Below, one piece after another: positions 38,498 through 51,506 of a stretch of DNA of 64,000 nt. How positions within the stretch are numbered: the first letter of the stretch is position 1; every line of letters begins with the position of its first letter. Location of the stretch: positions 1-64,000 of the forward strand of contig NW_021833751.1 in the NCBI RefSeq assembly GCF_006345805.1, read 5' to 3'. The notes under the pieces are model-generated. The model made no database searches and was not told where the DNA came from. It was given only the letters and a program-made list of their open reading frames with translations. This stretch comes from Octopus sinensis. Taxonomy: Eukaryota. Made by a program: the position numbers and the translations under genes.

Positions 38498-40549
38498 TTT
38501 AAAAGACATATCGTCTTAGAAAGGTGATGAGAATTCAAAAAGCGTGCTTACTAAAACTTTACAGAGTCAGGATCTAATCGGGTTTAAGTATTTTTCTCAC
38601 TGTGAAGCGGAAACAGCCTGAGGTTGTTCTGTAATTGAGGATAGTGGTTTTCCAATCAGTAAGATGGCCTTCATTTCGATATGGGCGTGTGTAACATCAT
38701 CATCATCATCATTAGTAGTAATAGTAGTAGTAGCAGCACCAGCTGCATTCTTCTAAGGCGAATGCTTTCATCAATTAACGGCTATGTTACATTTATTTAC
38801 GTCATTCTTTATTCATTAGTCAGCATGTTAATTGAAGATTGATTTTTTTTTATATGACCTAGTGTGTATGTGCCCCCTCAACCCTTCGCTTGATGTGTCT
38901 TTTATATATCTTGTGAAATCCCCTAGAATTAACCCAGCTTTTCAGGTGCATTAATTATGTTAATGAGGTAAATTTTTATCAAGCGGAAATTGAAACCGCT
39001 TCTTAATCTCAGCTCTCTGAAGTTTACCTCTTACTCTACAATTACTGCATAATTGTCTCCATCAAATATCGGTTTCAAATTTTAGCAAATTCGTGGCATG
39101 CGGAAAATCGATTACATACCAGAGGAATATTGTGGAAACAAATGCGAAGGAAGTGTTTTGTATGAGGTTGGGAGATAAAACAGGGTAAGAGCTGCTGGAA
39201 AAAGGTGAGACAAAAGGGTGACCTTAGGTGGAAAGGAGAGGGCAATTCAACTAATTTAGAACGATAAAATATGTTGTAAATGCAAAGAAGAAATTGCGTG
39301 CCATGGCTCACGTTGATGAAGGAATACTTACCAACGTTCTGAGTGTGATCTAGCATGGTTTTGGTCTTTAACTAAAGAAAAACATATCTGTTTCTTTATT
39401 ACCCACAAGGGGCTAAACATAGAGGGGATAAACAAGGACAGACAAACGGATTAAGTCGATTACATCAACTCCAGTGCGTAACTGGTACTTGTACATTTTT
39501 TGTAACTGCGCTGAACTTGTACATTTTTTTGATTGGCTGCCAAAGTGAACAGACGTTTTTCAGGAACAGAAACCCCGTTGAAGTCATAAGTTTAATCGAG
39601 GGCTTCATCTCCTTTACTCGGCGCAAATAAAATATTAGAACCGAGGAAGTTAGTTCATATTTCTAATTCGGATATTCACAAAATGTCAGTGGATTGGCAA
39701 AATCGGTAGAGTATCGGACGAAATACTTCGCGGTATTTTGTTGAGTTCACCTAATTCCTAAGTTCAAATCCAACCATCGTTTGTCAATCTTCTGTGGTCC
39801 TCGAAATATGCACCCGTGAAATAGTGGGTTCAACGTCGATTGTGCTCTCCTTCGGTGTGCCCTCCCATAAAGCATCCTGGATGTCAATAAATCTACAAGA
39901 GAAGGAGAGTAGGAATAAATCTACAAGAGTAGAAGAAAAATATGGAGAAGAACAAAATGAAGGAGATGGGGAGGAAGGTGCAGGAACAATTTGAGGAATT
40001 GTGCCGGTGTCAAAAATTGAATTTGATAAAAAAATATTTTGTGTATAAATAAAAAAAATTGGGATCAATCCAAAATGATCGAGTCCCAGTAATATACTAC
40101 GGGTTCAATGAAGAATTGTACCAAACATATAGGAAGTTTTTTGAGACTTCAAATTACTTTTCATTAAAACCGTATTCAAATTGTTCAAAAATTTATTTCT
40201 TAATTATGATTTAATTATTGATATTTTTTTTTTGTATTTCGTCAAGCCACAATGTTTTTGTATCTTCGAAAAAATGCTGTGATGTTCATGCCGCATCCGA
40301 AGTCATTGGCTTTCATTCTTGTCATGAGTTGACCTCAATGGATTAGAATAATCAATGACTCACACATTACAAAGTACCTTAGAACACAGTAAGGATTATC
40401 ATAAAATCCTTTAAAGGATAGTGACTGGAGTGAGGGGAAAGGAGGTGGGTTCATGCTATCGTGATATGCTAAAATAGCAGGGAAATCCGCCTGAAACCAT
40501 GCGATGATATTATATACACACAGAGGAGGGGCGTACTGGAGAACGTTCT

Positions 40550-40616
<67 letters not shown>

Positions 40617-40809
40617 ATTTTTGAAAGTCTATGAGAATTACTTAATACAATTTTGGAAGTGTAGAGATGATTGTTTTCAAAATCTTATGAAATATTTTGA
40701 GGATGTTACTAACCTCTTTTGTGAGGAAGATTTTTTCAACTGCGTGAGCGCTTGCGTTTAATCTTTTTAAACACGTGTAGTGTCTCTCTATTATATATAC
40801 CACCGTGTA

Positions 40810-40846
<37 letters not shown>

Positions 40847-41425
40847 GTACTTAGGCGAGCCAGTATATTCCCAGATAAACAACAACACGAAACATCTGCG
40901 ACGCTTTTCTTCAAAGATCTGTCTCCTGAACCAAAACTGAGCGGGTGGTGAAGATAATTCTTCCCCTCCCTCCTCTTCTGCCTCATTATCATCAGCGTAA
41001 GCAACAGTAACAATGACAGCAACAAGGATAGGTATATATAGAGACATGCATATGCATACACACACACACACACACACGTGTATCGTATACGTGTAACTAC
41101 ATTCGCAAACACTCGCACACCTACCATTTCCAGTTTTACGTAGATAGCTTGTAAAAGCACCGAATACTGCGTTATTAATCTTGAGAGAACATATTATGCG
41201 TGTGTTGTGGTGATGGCGATTTTGTGTGCATATCTGTGTATTATCTGAAACTTAGTTTAAAGAATAACAAAAGAAAAGAATGTTATTCTTTAAGAATTTG
41301 TTTCCAGAAAAAGAAACTTTCCAACGACTTCATCTCAAGGACCTCGTTTTACTTTGTTCGACATTCCTACAAACCAAAAATTGGCCATAGTTAATATTAT
41401 TAACTGAAAATTAATATTAACGCAG

Positions 41426-41463
41426 TGTTTAATAAATGGCGTACAACACCGACTACCTGTCAG
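41426..41463 (+). CDS. Candidate short exon (VFNKWRTTPTTCQ, or ATG at 41436: MAYNTDYLS)
   Basis: AACGCAG| acceptor, strong CAG|GTGAGC donor, alternative CAG|GTAACA at 41497; locally CpG-rich unique sequence. Confidence 0.3.
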
Positions 41464-42100
41464 GTGAGCGGATGAAGCGGATAAACGGACTTCTCAGGTA
41501 ACACAAACAGACGACAGGTTTTGTGAGAGAAAACAAATGGAAGTTCTGTAGAAATGGCAAATCTCATTTATTCATATTTCCCAAGTAGACAACTAATCAT
41601 AGAAATATTGAAACGAGTTGTACAAACAAAAGAATTCAGAATTATTTATATAAATGGAGAAAAAATGGAGACACATTTATTTTAGTTTGTCGAACACAAA
41701 ACATAAAGAAAAAAAAGAGACTCAATAATAGGCTTAACCCGTCATCCGGTTTAACACACCCACCAAGTACTATATATATATCTATATATGTATGTATATA
41801 TATAGTTATACTGGGGAATGCTCATATCCTATGACCTCTTCAAAACACATTGGATAGAGAATCACTAAAGAAGTTACAGGATATGCGACGACAGAATGTT
41901 GACAAAGAAATAATAATAATAATAATAATAATAATATAATAATAATAATAATAATAATAATAGTAATAATAATAATAATCAATCTGAAGTGAAGACCAAA
42001 TACACAGTGCGTGTGTTTAACTGGCAAAATATGATCATCCCCAAGTACAACAATGTTGTAACACACGGTTTCACATCAAGTATCTAGCAAAATAAATACC

Positions 42101-42139
<39 letters not shown>

Positions 42140-42149
42140 TATATATTTA

Positions 42150-42422
42150 TCATGGACGTATGAGGGTTCAGCAATTTGTTGCTGAACAACCATACAGCTG
42201 ATTTGTTAATAGTGATCAAATGATTGTGCACACAGAAGCTCGCTCCCTCCATCAAATCGACATTACCTGTACAGATGCGCCGTGTGCCAAATGGCGAAAT
42301 GATCTCAGAGCAATGTGAAAAGAGGTGGTTTGTTAAAGAACACAACACAACACCCGATCTAGGAGTTGAACCCACGATCTCACAATCGTGAGCCCAGCAG
42401 CCTAACCACTAAGCCAAGCGCA
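42150..42422 (-). mobile_element. tRNA-derived SINE, family E
   Basis: TGGCTTAGTGGTTAGG A box and GGGTTCAACTCC B box on minus strand. Confidence 0.75.
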
Positions 42423-42508
42423 TTCACATACACACACACACACACACACAACACACACACATGGTAAATGAAAGACGGAAAATGGAATATACGAGAATTT
42501 ATTATTAA

Positions 42509-42612
42509 TCACAGCAATTGTTTCGATACATCAAGCATCGATCCCTCACGGGTGGGACACTCAACAACTGGCACAGGAGCATCCAGCGGTATAGATGTGT
42601 TTCATCAGGTGA
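42509..42612 (-). ncRNA. Hammerhead with long domain II, C16.1 variant
   Basis: UCAC-CUGAUGA..ACAUC/GAUGU..GAAA-CAAUUG-C-U-GUGA. Confidence 0.5.
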
Positions 42613-42792
42613 GAAATAGGCACAACTCGTTTAAATAACAGTTCCGCAAAGTATCTTCTAATGTGTGTGTGTGTGTGCATGTATATATATATATATATAT
42701 ATTTAAATTTGTACGTTCGTATATGTAAGTATTCGTATGTTGTATATGTATATACATATATATATATATATTTATGTTTGTATTCTGTGTGT

Positions 42793-42850
42793 ATTCTACT
42801 GACGAGGCAAAGCATTCCTAAATGCAAAGTCAGAAATCCGGATCTAGAAT
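42793..42850 (+). ncRNA. Type-I hammerhead ribozyme, canonical core, AUC cleavage triplet
   Basis: AUUCUA/UAGAAU stem I, CUGACGA, stem II GGC..GCAUU(CCUA)AAUGC..GUC, extra A, GAAA, palindromic AUCCGGAU stem III, C17 at 42844. Confidence 0.8.
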
Positions 42851-42989
42851 TATCGAGTAATATTTTACTAGTTTCATCTTGTCTCTTTGTTTTCTCTCCG
42901 TGTTGATATATGGACAAATTATGTGGTCTTAGAGTCGGATCATGGCTGCTATTTTCAGCATGGTGATATCTCGTAGATACCTTAATTTA

Positions 42990-43057
<68 letters not shown>

Positions 43058-43445
43058 ATCAAAAGATATACCGAGTATGTCTAGCTGTTGGAAATAACAG
43101 TCAAAACTTATTTAAACCTCCAAAATACACTGGTAATAACTACAGATATCAACCGTCCGAAGGCAAACAAGCCGAGACAATCTCTCAACATGCTTTCAAG
43201 TATTTGGGAGATTGTCTAGCTCGTTTGTCTTCGGACGGTTGATTTCTGTAGTTATTATCAGTCTGTTATATCTGTTATTTTAATCCTTCAGCTATTTAAT
43301 GATTTTTTTGGGGTGGGAGTGAGGGCTGCAATCACCTATATTATTGATTCTGTCATTATCATTTTTAAATTGCTACACTAGATAATAACTGAGTTAATGG
43401 TATTTTCGCAAATTATTTTTTTGTGAATTATTTGCTCCGTATTGA

Positions 43446-43574
<129 letters not shown>

Positions 43575-43576
43575 AT

Positions 43577-44381
43577 GTGAGTTATTTTGAGTAAACATTA
43601 TCTGAGAGAAATTTTCTTTAAGTAGTGGAAATGGCAAAAAAACTTTTTTGGCTGCTATTTCTAGCAAGTTCAGTATGTGGCAAAGTAATTTATTTTACTA
43701 AGCCCTAATTATATAATGTAATATTTTGAATTCGCCTTAAATGGTCCTTTTACATACTGAATACTTGGTGAAATTGATTGATAACTAATTAATTTTACCC
43801 TCAATTGTTGATATTATAATTCATTTCTCTCTGTCATATTGCCTCGGTTCTCACCGTTAAAATATAATGTTTGCTAGATAACCCACGTGGGTGGAAGGGG
43901 AGAGCAGGGAATCTTCGCTTGCACATTTTGAATTTGTTGGTACTGGCAGTCTGAACGGGTCATCTGAGGTGATAAGTCGCCAAAGGGTATGTTCTTTCTT
44001 TTTAGTGCTTCCAAATCCAAAATAAGAAATGTTGAGCTGACGAAAGAAATGCTAAGTTTATTTGGCTAATCTAGAAACGTTAACGCTCTCAAATAATCTT
44101 TGTACTTGTGATATTTTTCTGTTTTTACCTCCATACCTTCGTGAGTTATTTTGAGTAAACCTTATCTGAGAGAAATTTTCTTTAAGTAGTGGAAATGGCA
44201 AAAAAACTTTTTTGGCTGCTATTTCTAGCAAGTTCAGTATGTGGCAAAGTAATTTATTTTACTAAGCCCTAATTATATAATGTAATATTTTGAATTCGCC
44301 TTAAATGGTCCTTTTACATACTGAATACTTGGTGAAATTGATTGATAACTAATTAATTTTACCCTCAATTGTTGATATTAT
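43577..44381 (+). mobile_element. Partial-tandem element: about 240-bp near-identical direct repeats (43577-43817, 44141-44381) around a hammerhead-bearing spacer
   Basis: Repeats differ at one position seen by eye; (TA)n on both outer sides. Confidence 0.8.
44032..44092 (+). ncRNA. Type-I hammerhead, C16.1 variant
   Basis: UUGAG/CUCAA stem I, CUGACGA, GAAA, palindromic CGUUAACG stem III, GCU triplet; A-A at 10.1/11.1. Confidence 0.6.
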
Positions 44382-44427
44382 ATATATATATCTGTAAATA
44401 TAATATGTGACAATTATTCGGTAGCCA

Positions 44428-44489
44428 AGATAAAGCTCTAGTTTCGGATGCCGAGGTGGAAATCCACGCCACCATCTCTTCAGTTATCT
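44428..44489 (-). ncRNA. Hammerhead, left arm (C16.1 variant, 2-nt loop III)
   Basis: Same as the right-arm ribozyme except GAAACUAGAGCU. Confidence 0.65.
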
Positions 44490-44515
44490 GGCCATCTGAA
44501 AAACGCTATGAAGAA

Positions 44516-44578
44516 AGATAACTGAAGAGATGGTGGCGTGGATTTCCACCTCGGCATCCGAAACTCGGAGTTTTATCT
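44516..44578 (+). ncRNA. Type-I hammerhead ribozyme, canonical, GUU triplet
   Basis: AGAUAA/UUAUCU stem I, CUGAAGA, GAUG/CAUC stem II with GUGG/CCAC inner hairpin, GAAA, ACU(CGG)AGU stem III, U17 at 44572. Confidence 0.85.
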
Positions 44579-44681
44579 TGGCTACCGAATAATTGTCACA
44601 TATTATATTTACAGATAAATTCCTCTATTTACATAATATTGAGGTATCTTTCATTCCTTTGTTATCTTACCGTTTTTACCA

Positions 44682-44713
<32 letters not shown>

Positions 44714-46194
44714 CAATGCAGTGATTTCTGAGGCTGGTCCTGCACATGGCGGAGACGTAAGATATCCCTATCTTTTTTTAAAATGTATTTTTCTTACGGA
44801 AACCTACTTTTACGCATATGGAGATTCCGATTCTGAAAAAAAATATTTGGCTAAAATGGCAAGTTCAAAATTTCAATTGCCCCCAAACGCCACCCGCCCC
44901 ATTTCTTCATTTTTCACATTTTTTTTTTCGGAAATACGTAGAAAAATACGGAGATTATGATCCTGAAAAATATTGTTTGTAAAATTTCAATTTTTCAAAA
45001 AAAAAAAAAAGAAAAAATACCCTTCCCTTCACGATTCTACGGCCTTCAAGCAGGCTATTCACGTGCTAGAAATAACACCCAAATATCACATGAATTTATT
45101 AGGCGAAAAAAACTGCGATAAAAGGATGAAAGACATATGTAATCAATGTACTTACCTTTCTGCAAAGATTCCTTCCAGAGAAATTTCCGGCTGTAAAATG
45201 AGGATATACTGAGACAAATGAGGAATACAAACGAAGAATGCTGTGACAAAGTTGCAAACGAGAGTTTGTTAAAGATTTGGTTTATTTCTGCTCTCATATT
45301 TTTTGTAACTTTGAAGTTTCATTTTGTGGAGAAAAACAGTTTCAGTTGTAAAAATTAAAAAAAACTCAAAAAACAACAAAAAATAAAACAATGAACACTT
45401 TAATTTCATTTTTTCACAGAATACTTCATTTTACTGCGATCGTGAATTGTAAATCAGTTTCAACAAAACGGAAAGATAATTTAAGTAAATCGATGAAAGA
45501 TTAATTAGCTAAATTATATTTCTGATTTGAGAATTTCTTTGCTTAATACGGTGAAGATGGTTAATAATAACTTACGACAGACCGAAATAGATATTCCAAT
45601 GTCACGGCAACATTTGAGCTGACTAATTAAGAATTATGGGAGTGTTGGTATGGTTTGGTCAGAAATTTTACAGGTCAAAATGTCAAAGCCATTCAGCCAA
45701 TTAGCCTGCCGCGTTAGCGACATCAATTACAAAGAACTAATAGAAAAGGGAGGGGAAGCCAAAACATGCGTTGTTCTGAGAGTATGCCTTCCGTATCGAG
45801 ATATCTGAATCTTACAGGCATTGAAATAATAGTTATTGAAAGAAAGGAAGTGTGTAGAGGGGGGGAGCAAAAGATTTCATGTGCGTTTTTCTTTAATACT
45901 CAGAGAACGGAGGGGGCGGGGCAAGATTTCATACGCGTTATTCTTTAAGCATGCTTAGTTGAAGCAAAATGGGAACACAATGAAGTTTCAATCTGGACGG
46001 CTTTCCTTTGAAACAAATAACTATTTCAGCTCAGTTTCCAATGATTTGGACAACTTTTCAACGTGGTTATAAAATACATTACGTTTTTAAATTGAGTTTT
46101 GAGTTAAATAAAAATCAACGGACATGCAGTGCATGACGAGCATGTCTCGACTGCACACCATTGGTGTATGTATATATATATATATATATAAATA

Positions 46195-46322
46195 TGTAAA
46201 AAATACAAACTGGGACAAGAACGTAAAACATTTAGAAGACGATACAAAAAACACGAACGGGACATTCGAAGCCTTCAATCTTCAGTCAAGAACCGGATCA
46301 TCCTAACACTTTCGGCTGATTA
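46195..46322 (-). mobile_element. TA-flanked short repeat, family F
   Basis: Matches 7140-7258. Confidence 0.75.
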
Positions 46323-46348
46323 ATATTATATATATATATATATATATG

Positions 46349-46432
<84 letters not shown>

Positions 46433-46534
46433 AGGATAAGATCGTTCATCTAAAAATAAAATAACAATTTTATCAAGTGGTTAGCATGGAAAAAAATAAC
46501 CTTCAAAGGTAATAATTATTAAGATTATAAATTG

Positions 46535-46791
46535 GGGTATCTACGAGATACCACCATGCTGAAGATAGCAGCCATGACCTGACTCTAAAACCACCTGAAT
46601 TGTCCATATAGCAACACGGAGAGAGAACAAAGAGACAAGAAGAAACTAGTAAAAAATTACTGGATAATTCTAGAACCCGGATTTCTGAGTTTGCATTTAT
46701 GAATGCTTTGCCTCGCCAGTATATATATTAAAGTGGTTTTAGAGTCAGATCATGGCTGCTATTTTCAGCATAGTGGTATCTCGTAGATACC

Positions 46792-46792
<1 letters not shown>
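46535..46792 (-). mobile_element. Inverted copy of the 42790-42990 element with decayed hammerhead and an inverted 60-bp 3' duplicate
   Basis: 46535-46720 is the reverse complement of 42798-42985; 46733-46792 repeats its 3' end in opposite orientation; core CUGGCGA. Confidence 0.85.
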
Positions 46793-46849
<57 letters not shown>

Positions 46850-46960
46850 ATATATATTAAATTAAATTAGAGATAAAACCACTATTAGGCAAATCAAACA
46901 GTGAAAATCATAAGCCAATACATAGAAATAAAATTAATTAATAAAATATAAAATATAAAG

Positions 46961-46998
<38 letters not shown>

Positions 46999-47171
46999 TT
47001 TTATATCTTGTTATTTTATTTAGTTATATCTCATTATATTGATTGTAATTGTTGTACTGTATTAATGCCTAAGCTTAATGCTCTTGTGTAGTGTTTTAAT
47101 AAAGTATATAATTCGGTATTATCTGATAGTTGATGAATGATTTAGATATATTTCTCCATTTTCTTATTTTG

Positions 47172-47206
<35 letters not shown>

Positions 47207-47547
47207 AATATAGTTATATATATATATATGCATATATAGACACACATATGTACATACATACGTATATATGTATATAGCTAATGCTTGAAATAGGGAGTAA
47301 AAGGACAGCCGACAACTGATGAAGGGTCATTCTTTCCATGTTACTTGTCTTGTTTTCCATTCGTTTCTCTCGTTTTTTTTCGTACCCAACGTTATTTTCG
47401 TATTTCAAGTTTGTTTGCGTTTTTGTGACGTCCTGTACCAATATATGCACAGCTATATACATATATACGTATGTACGTACATATGTGTGTCTATATATGC
47501 ATATATACTATTTATATTATTATTTCATTGAACACCACGCATTCAAG

Positions 47548-47602
<55 letters not shown>

Positions 47603-49795
47603 TTCGTATATATGTATATTTATATGTATGTATATGTATACATCTACCTATCTATCTATCTATATATATATATATATATATATATCTATATATATGTATA
47701 TATGTATATCTCTCTCTCTCTATATATATATAATGAAAATTAGCAACAAGATATCATGTAGTAATGCAGTACGAACGTTTCAAGGAGATCCATTTAACTG
47801 AACAAAGCAATCATTACATTAATTTAAATGGAGTGCTATCTTCAGCTTCACAAATACATAAATAGACTTTTAACAGGTAGGACATTATTTTTCTCAAATA
47901 TTTTTACAGATCAAGAAGTTAGAAGAAACTCATGTTGTCGCTATTGTAGCTGAGAATAGACTACATTTCTAAGAATCGCATGATAGTCATAGTGTTTTGT
48001 AAGTGATTGTAATTCATTTCTAATTAATTTATCTGTTTATCAAACACTAAATCTAAGACTAGAAGACTGTGTCTATTGTGAATAAAGGACAAGAGTGAGT
48101 TGACAGCTCATGGCTAGGTATGATCATAAATATTATCATAAGTATCTCTTTTTTCCCAGGGAGGAAATAAGACATCAGGAGTAGTCAGTTGGATATAAAT
48201 AAGTGTCTATAAAAAGATGAAGGGTAGGAGTAGACTTTAAAACATAATGTTAATTACCAGTTAAAGGGGCAAGACGTCAAGAAACCTAAGATATTAATTC
48301 AGGGAAAATTCTATTTTGGGACACTATGGGTAATTGTTTATAATGAATACTGTTGTATAAAACTAAAATTTAGGAATTTCAAAAATGATATCATAACCAA
48401 AATGGGCGAAATGTGGGTATGTATCAATTATAAACATTAAAAAGGAAAGATTACATAGAATCAGTTTAATATTTATTCATGTACTTAATTAATTACTTAT
48501 TTGGTGGTTTCTATAAAGACTGCTCTAGGAATTCATTTATGGAATAACTGGAAAGATATACATGCGATCAATTCTAAGCCATTAATCAGACAAATGTAAA
48601 GATACAGAAAGATACACACACATTTATATATGTGAATATATGCATATATACACATATACTCATGTTTATACGTTTATATGGATATAGTATAAATACGCTG
48701 CATAGACTTAAGTAACTGAAAACATACCAATTTAAGAACAAAAAACAATTTCAAAGGGATAAGAGGTGAATAAGTAAGGATATCAAATTAAGAAAACAAA
48801 ATAAGAAGAATTTATAGAAATTAATAAGAAATACATATAACCTACATCTAAAGAGACAGGGGATTAAATTCGAGTTAGGGAAGAGATAAAGGTAACCCGA
48901 ATAAAGAGGTAATAGGTATGGATGTAGTGAGGGCAGTTAAAGGTATTGAGACCAAAAAGATTTCATAAGTTGTAGTATTACAGGTGTTATTGTATGTATG
49001 GTTTTATAGTTTCTTGGGGGTATATGATCTGGTCGAAAGGAGGCTTACATAAAGTCACTACAAATATACATAATATGATCAGTAGCGTAGAAGATCATAG
49101 ATAGGAAAATAGTGTAATCACCAAACTAGGCCGGAATTATCATGGGATAATATACATAGCACACCACATACTATAACATATAGCATATGATATATGTAAT
49201 GCAATATAATTCACCATATAACATGATATCCCTTGATTTGATTTTGTTATATATAATACTAGTGGGTAAGTTTACAACGTATACGACACCAAAATGCTAA
49301 TAATATAGCATGAATAGGATAAACTACCCATATTTTGCAGAAAAATGTGTCGGCGGTTGTCAAACTGATCTGTTGGACAACTGCCACCGACGAATGCGAG
49401 AAAGTTCTCCAGAAAAGTTAACAAGGAATCTTTAAAAGATTTTCCCATTGAAGTTAACAAAGAACTTATAAGATCGACAAGCCAAACTGTGAAATTATAT
49501 CATTAGTGAATTAAATTGATTAGAATTACCAGGGAAGTCATTCTTTTCCGTTTTCAAATAAACCTCACTGTACCAAGGATTTCATATATCTCCCGATATA
49601 TATATGTGAGAGTGTGTGTGTGTGCGTATATATATAACATATAGGAATGTGTGTGTATACATACATATATATACGGTTTAAGTAATTGAGATTCAAGTGA
49701 GTTCTAATGAATTCACATGAATATGGTCCTTAACTAGGATGCACCGGAAATGTATATGGTGTTAACCATACGACAAAGTGGGGTGATTACAAATA

Positions 49796-49949
49796 GGAAA
49801 AAAGCAACAAGAATGGATCAATATATCGGTACAATTGTTTCGTACGAGGACATCTTTAATAAAGCTACAAAAAATTTTGTAGCTTTATTAAAGATGTCCT
49901 CGTACGAAACAATTGTACCAATATATTGATCCATTCTTGTTGCTTTTTT

Positions 49950-49951
<2 letters not shown>
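49796..49951. repeat. Near-perfect 156-bp palindrome (one mismatch) with a hammerhead 3' half in each arm
   Basis: About 77-bp arms meet at CTACAAAAAATTTTGTAG; each carries CGAAA-CAAUUG-UA; followed by (TA)n. Confidence 0.92.
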
Positions 49952-49991
<40 letters not shown>

Positions 49992-51325
49992 TATATATAT
50001 ACACATATGGAAAAAAGTCAAGATAGAAAATGCTAAAATAATTTTATAAAAAACATTTCAGTACCGGTTTCAGTCACTGAGACTTTTTCAAATGTAACAA
50101 TTAAATAATTAAATTTAGAAAAATTAAAAGAAAAGTTTGTTATAAAGAATATTTGTATAATGTTCCAATACAAGTGGCATTTTCCTTGTTTCTGCCTGAC
50201 TCTGTCTCTCTTGATTACTCTTGTGGGTTCGAGGTCGTTGTGAATTCTTGGAGAATATACACATATATACGCACACACATACGCACAGACACATGCTCAG
50301 ACACAGATATATGTAAAATCACGAGTCATGAGAGATGAATGCGGATTTATTATTCTCGTGTGTTTTCCATGATTCTCTTTATTTAATTTTGTAGGTTAAA
50401 GAGTCAACTTCATATCGCATACTTAGCTTGTTAACAAGAATATTTTGACAGCTTATCTCCCTTGTTTATAAATCTTTAGTCATTAAAATTACAAATTACC
50501 CATCACATCTTTACTTTCTATTTACTGTAAAGTGAAACATAGAAAGCAATGTATATTATTTTCATTCTTTGGATAAATAATGATAGATTTCCTCATATTA
50601 CAAACACCTGTTCTTCTTCATTATCTTACATTTTACCAAGACATTTTTTTCCATTATCTCTTTTTCATGTTCTTTTCCTCTCACTTTCATCTTCATTCAT
50701 GTCGCCTCTCTCTGATCTCTTTAGCTTCAGTTTCTCTCCTTCTCCATTTATCTCTCTTATTCCCATATACATTTCTCTAAAAATCAAACAGTAAGAACTA
50801 TAAATCTCTCGATTTCTCAATATTTACCCTCCTACTGATTTAGTTGTGTTTATTTACATCTTCATCTCCTACAATAGTCTTAAATAGTCACGAACAATAA
50901 CTAGCTCGCATGGTGTCTGTATTTGAAGCCTAAATGTCACTTTTTTGAAACGCAATGATTACATTCGCATTGCCATTTCTCGTTCCTTTTTCTTTTTTTC
51001 TTTCTTTCCCTGATGTTCCCAATTAGTTCTACCTTCTGTCTCCCGTTCCCTTCTCTGTCTTTGCTCTTCTCATCTTCCTTTTCTCTTACTCGTTCATGTT
51101 CAGCGAATAACAGTTATTTCCATCACTTTCTCCAAAAAAAGGAAATTTATATATTCATTATGAAGTATATTTGCCATCTAAATATGGCTAACCACTAAGG
51201 GTCGATGTTACTGTAGCTTGTAGCCCCAGGAGGACACTTCCTCTAGCTGGCTATTGACACACTTTCTGTGCCCTATCGGTATTTGCAATGGGAATCCACT
51301 CTTCCCATCGTCAACCTACGTGATA

Positions 51326-51370
51326 CGCACGGACTCGAGTTTCTGGGTATTGATCCGTCATCAGCGCACG
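51326..51370 (-). ncRNA. Type-I hammerhead, left arm (GUC)
   Basis: CGUGCG-CUGAUGA-C-GGAU(CAAU)ACCC-A-GAAA-CUCGAG-UC-CGUGCG. Confidence 0.7.
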
Positions 51371-51461
51371 ACAACCACCGGTTTTCCATTGACGAAAAGT
51401 CACTGGAAAAAGGATATATATATTTGCATTGGGACCCCTTTCACCGAAAACCAGTGATTGT

Positions 51462-51506
51462 CGTGCGCTGATGACGGGTCAATACCCAGAAACTCGAGTC
51501 CGTGTG
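51462..51506 (+). ncRNA. Type-I hammerhead, right arm (GUC)
   Basis: CGUGCG-CUGAUGA-C-GGGU(CAAU)ACCC-A-GAAA-CUCGAG-UC-CGUGUG; palindromic stem III; C17 at 51500. Confidence 0.75.

Larger units (their letters stand above)
44391..44615. repeat. Fold-back element, about 99-bp arms, 26-nt spacer, one hammerhead per arm
   Basis: Arms 44391-44489 and 44516-44615 are near-perfect reverse complements; preceded by (TA)n. Confidence 0.92.

Noticed and set aside
47770-47850. Decayed hammerhead-like motifs here (-), at 47310 (+) and at 50058-50090 (-)
   Set aside because: Stems or core too degraded to call individually; noted only as likely relics.
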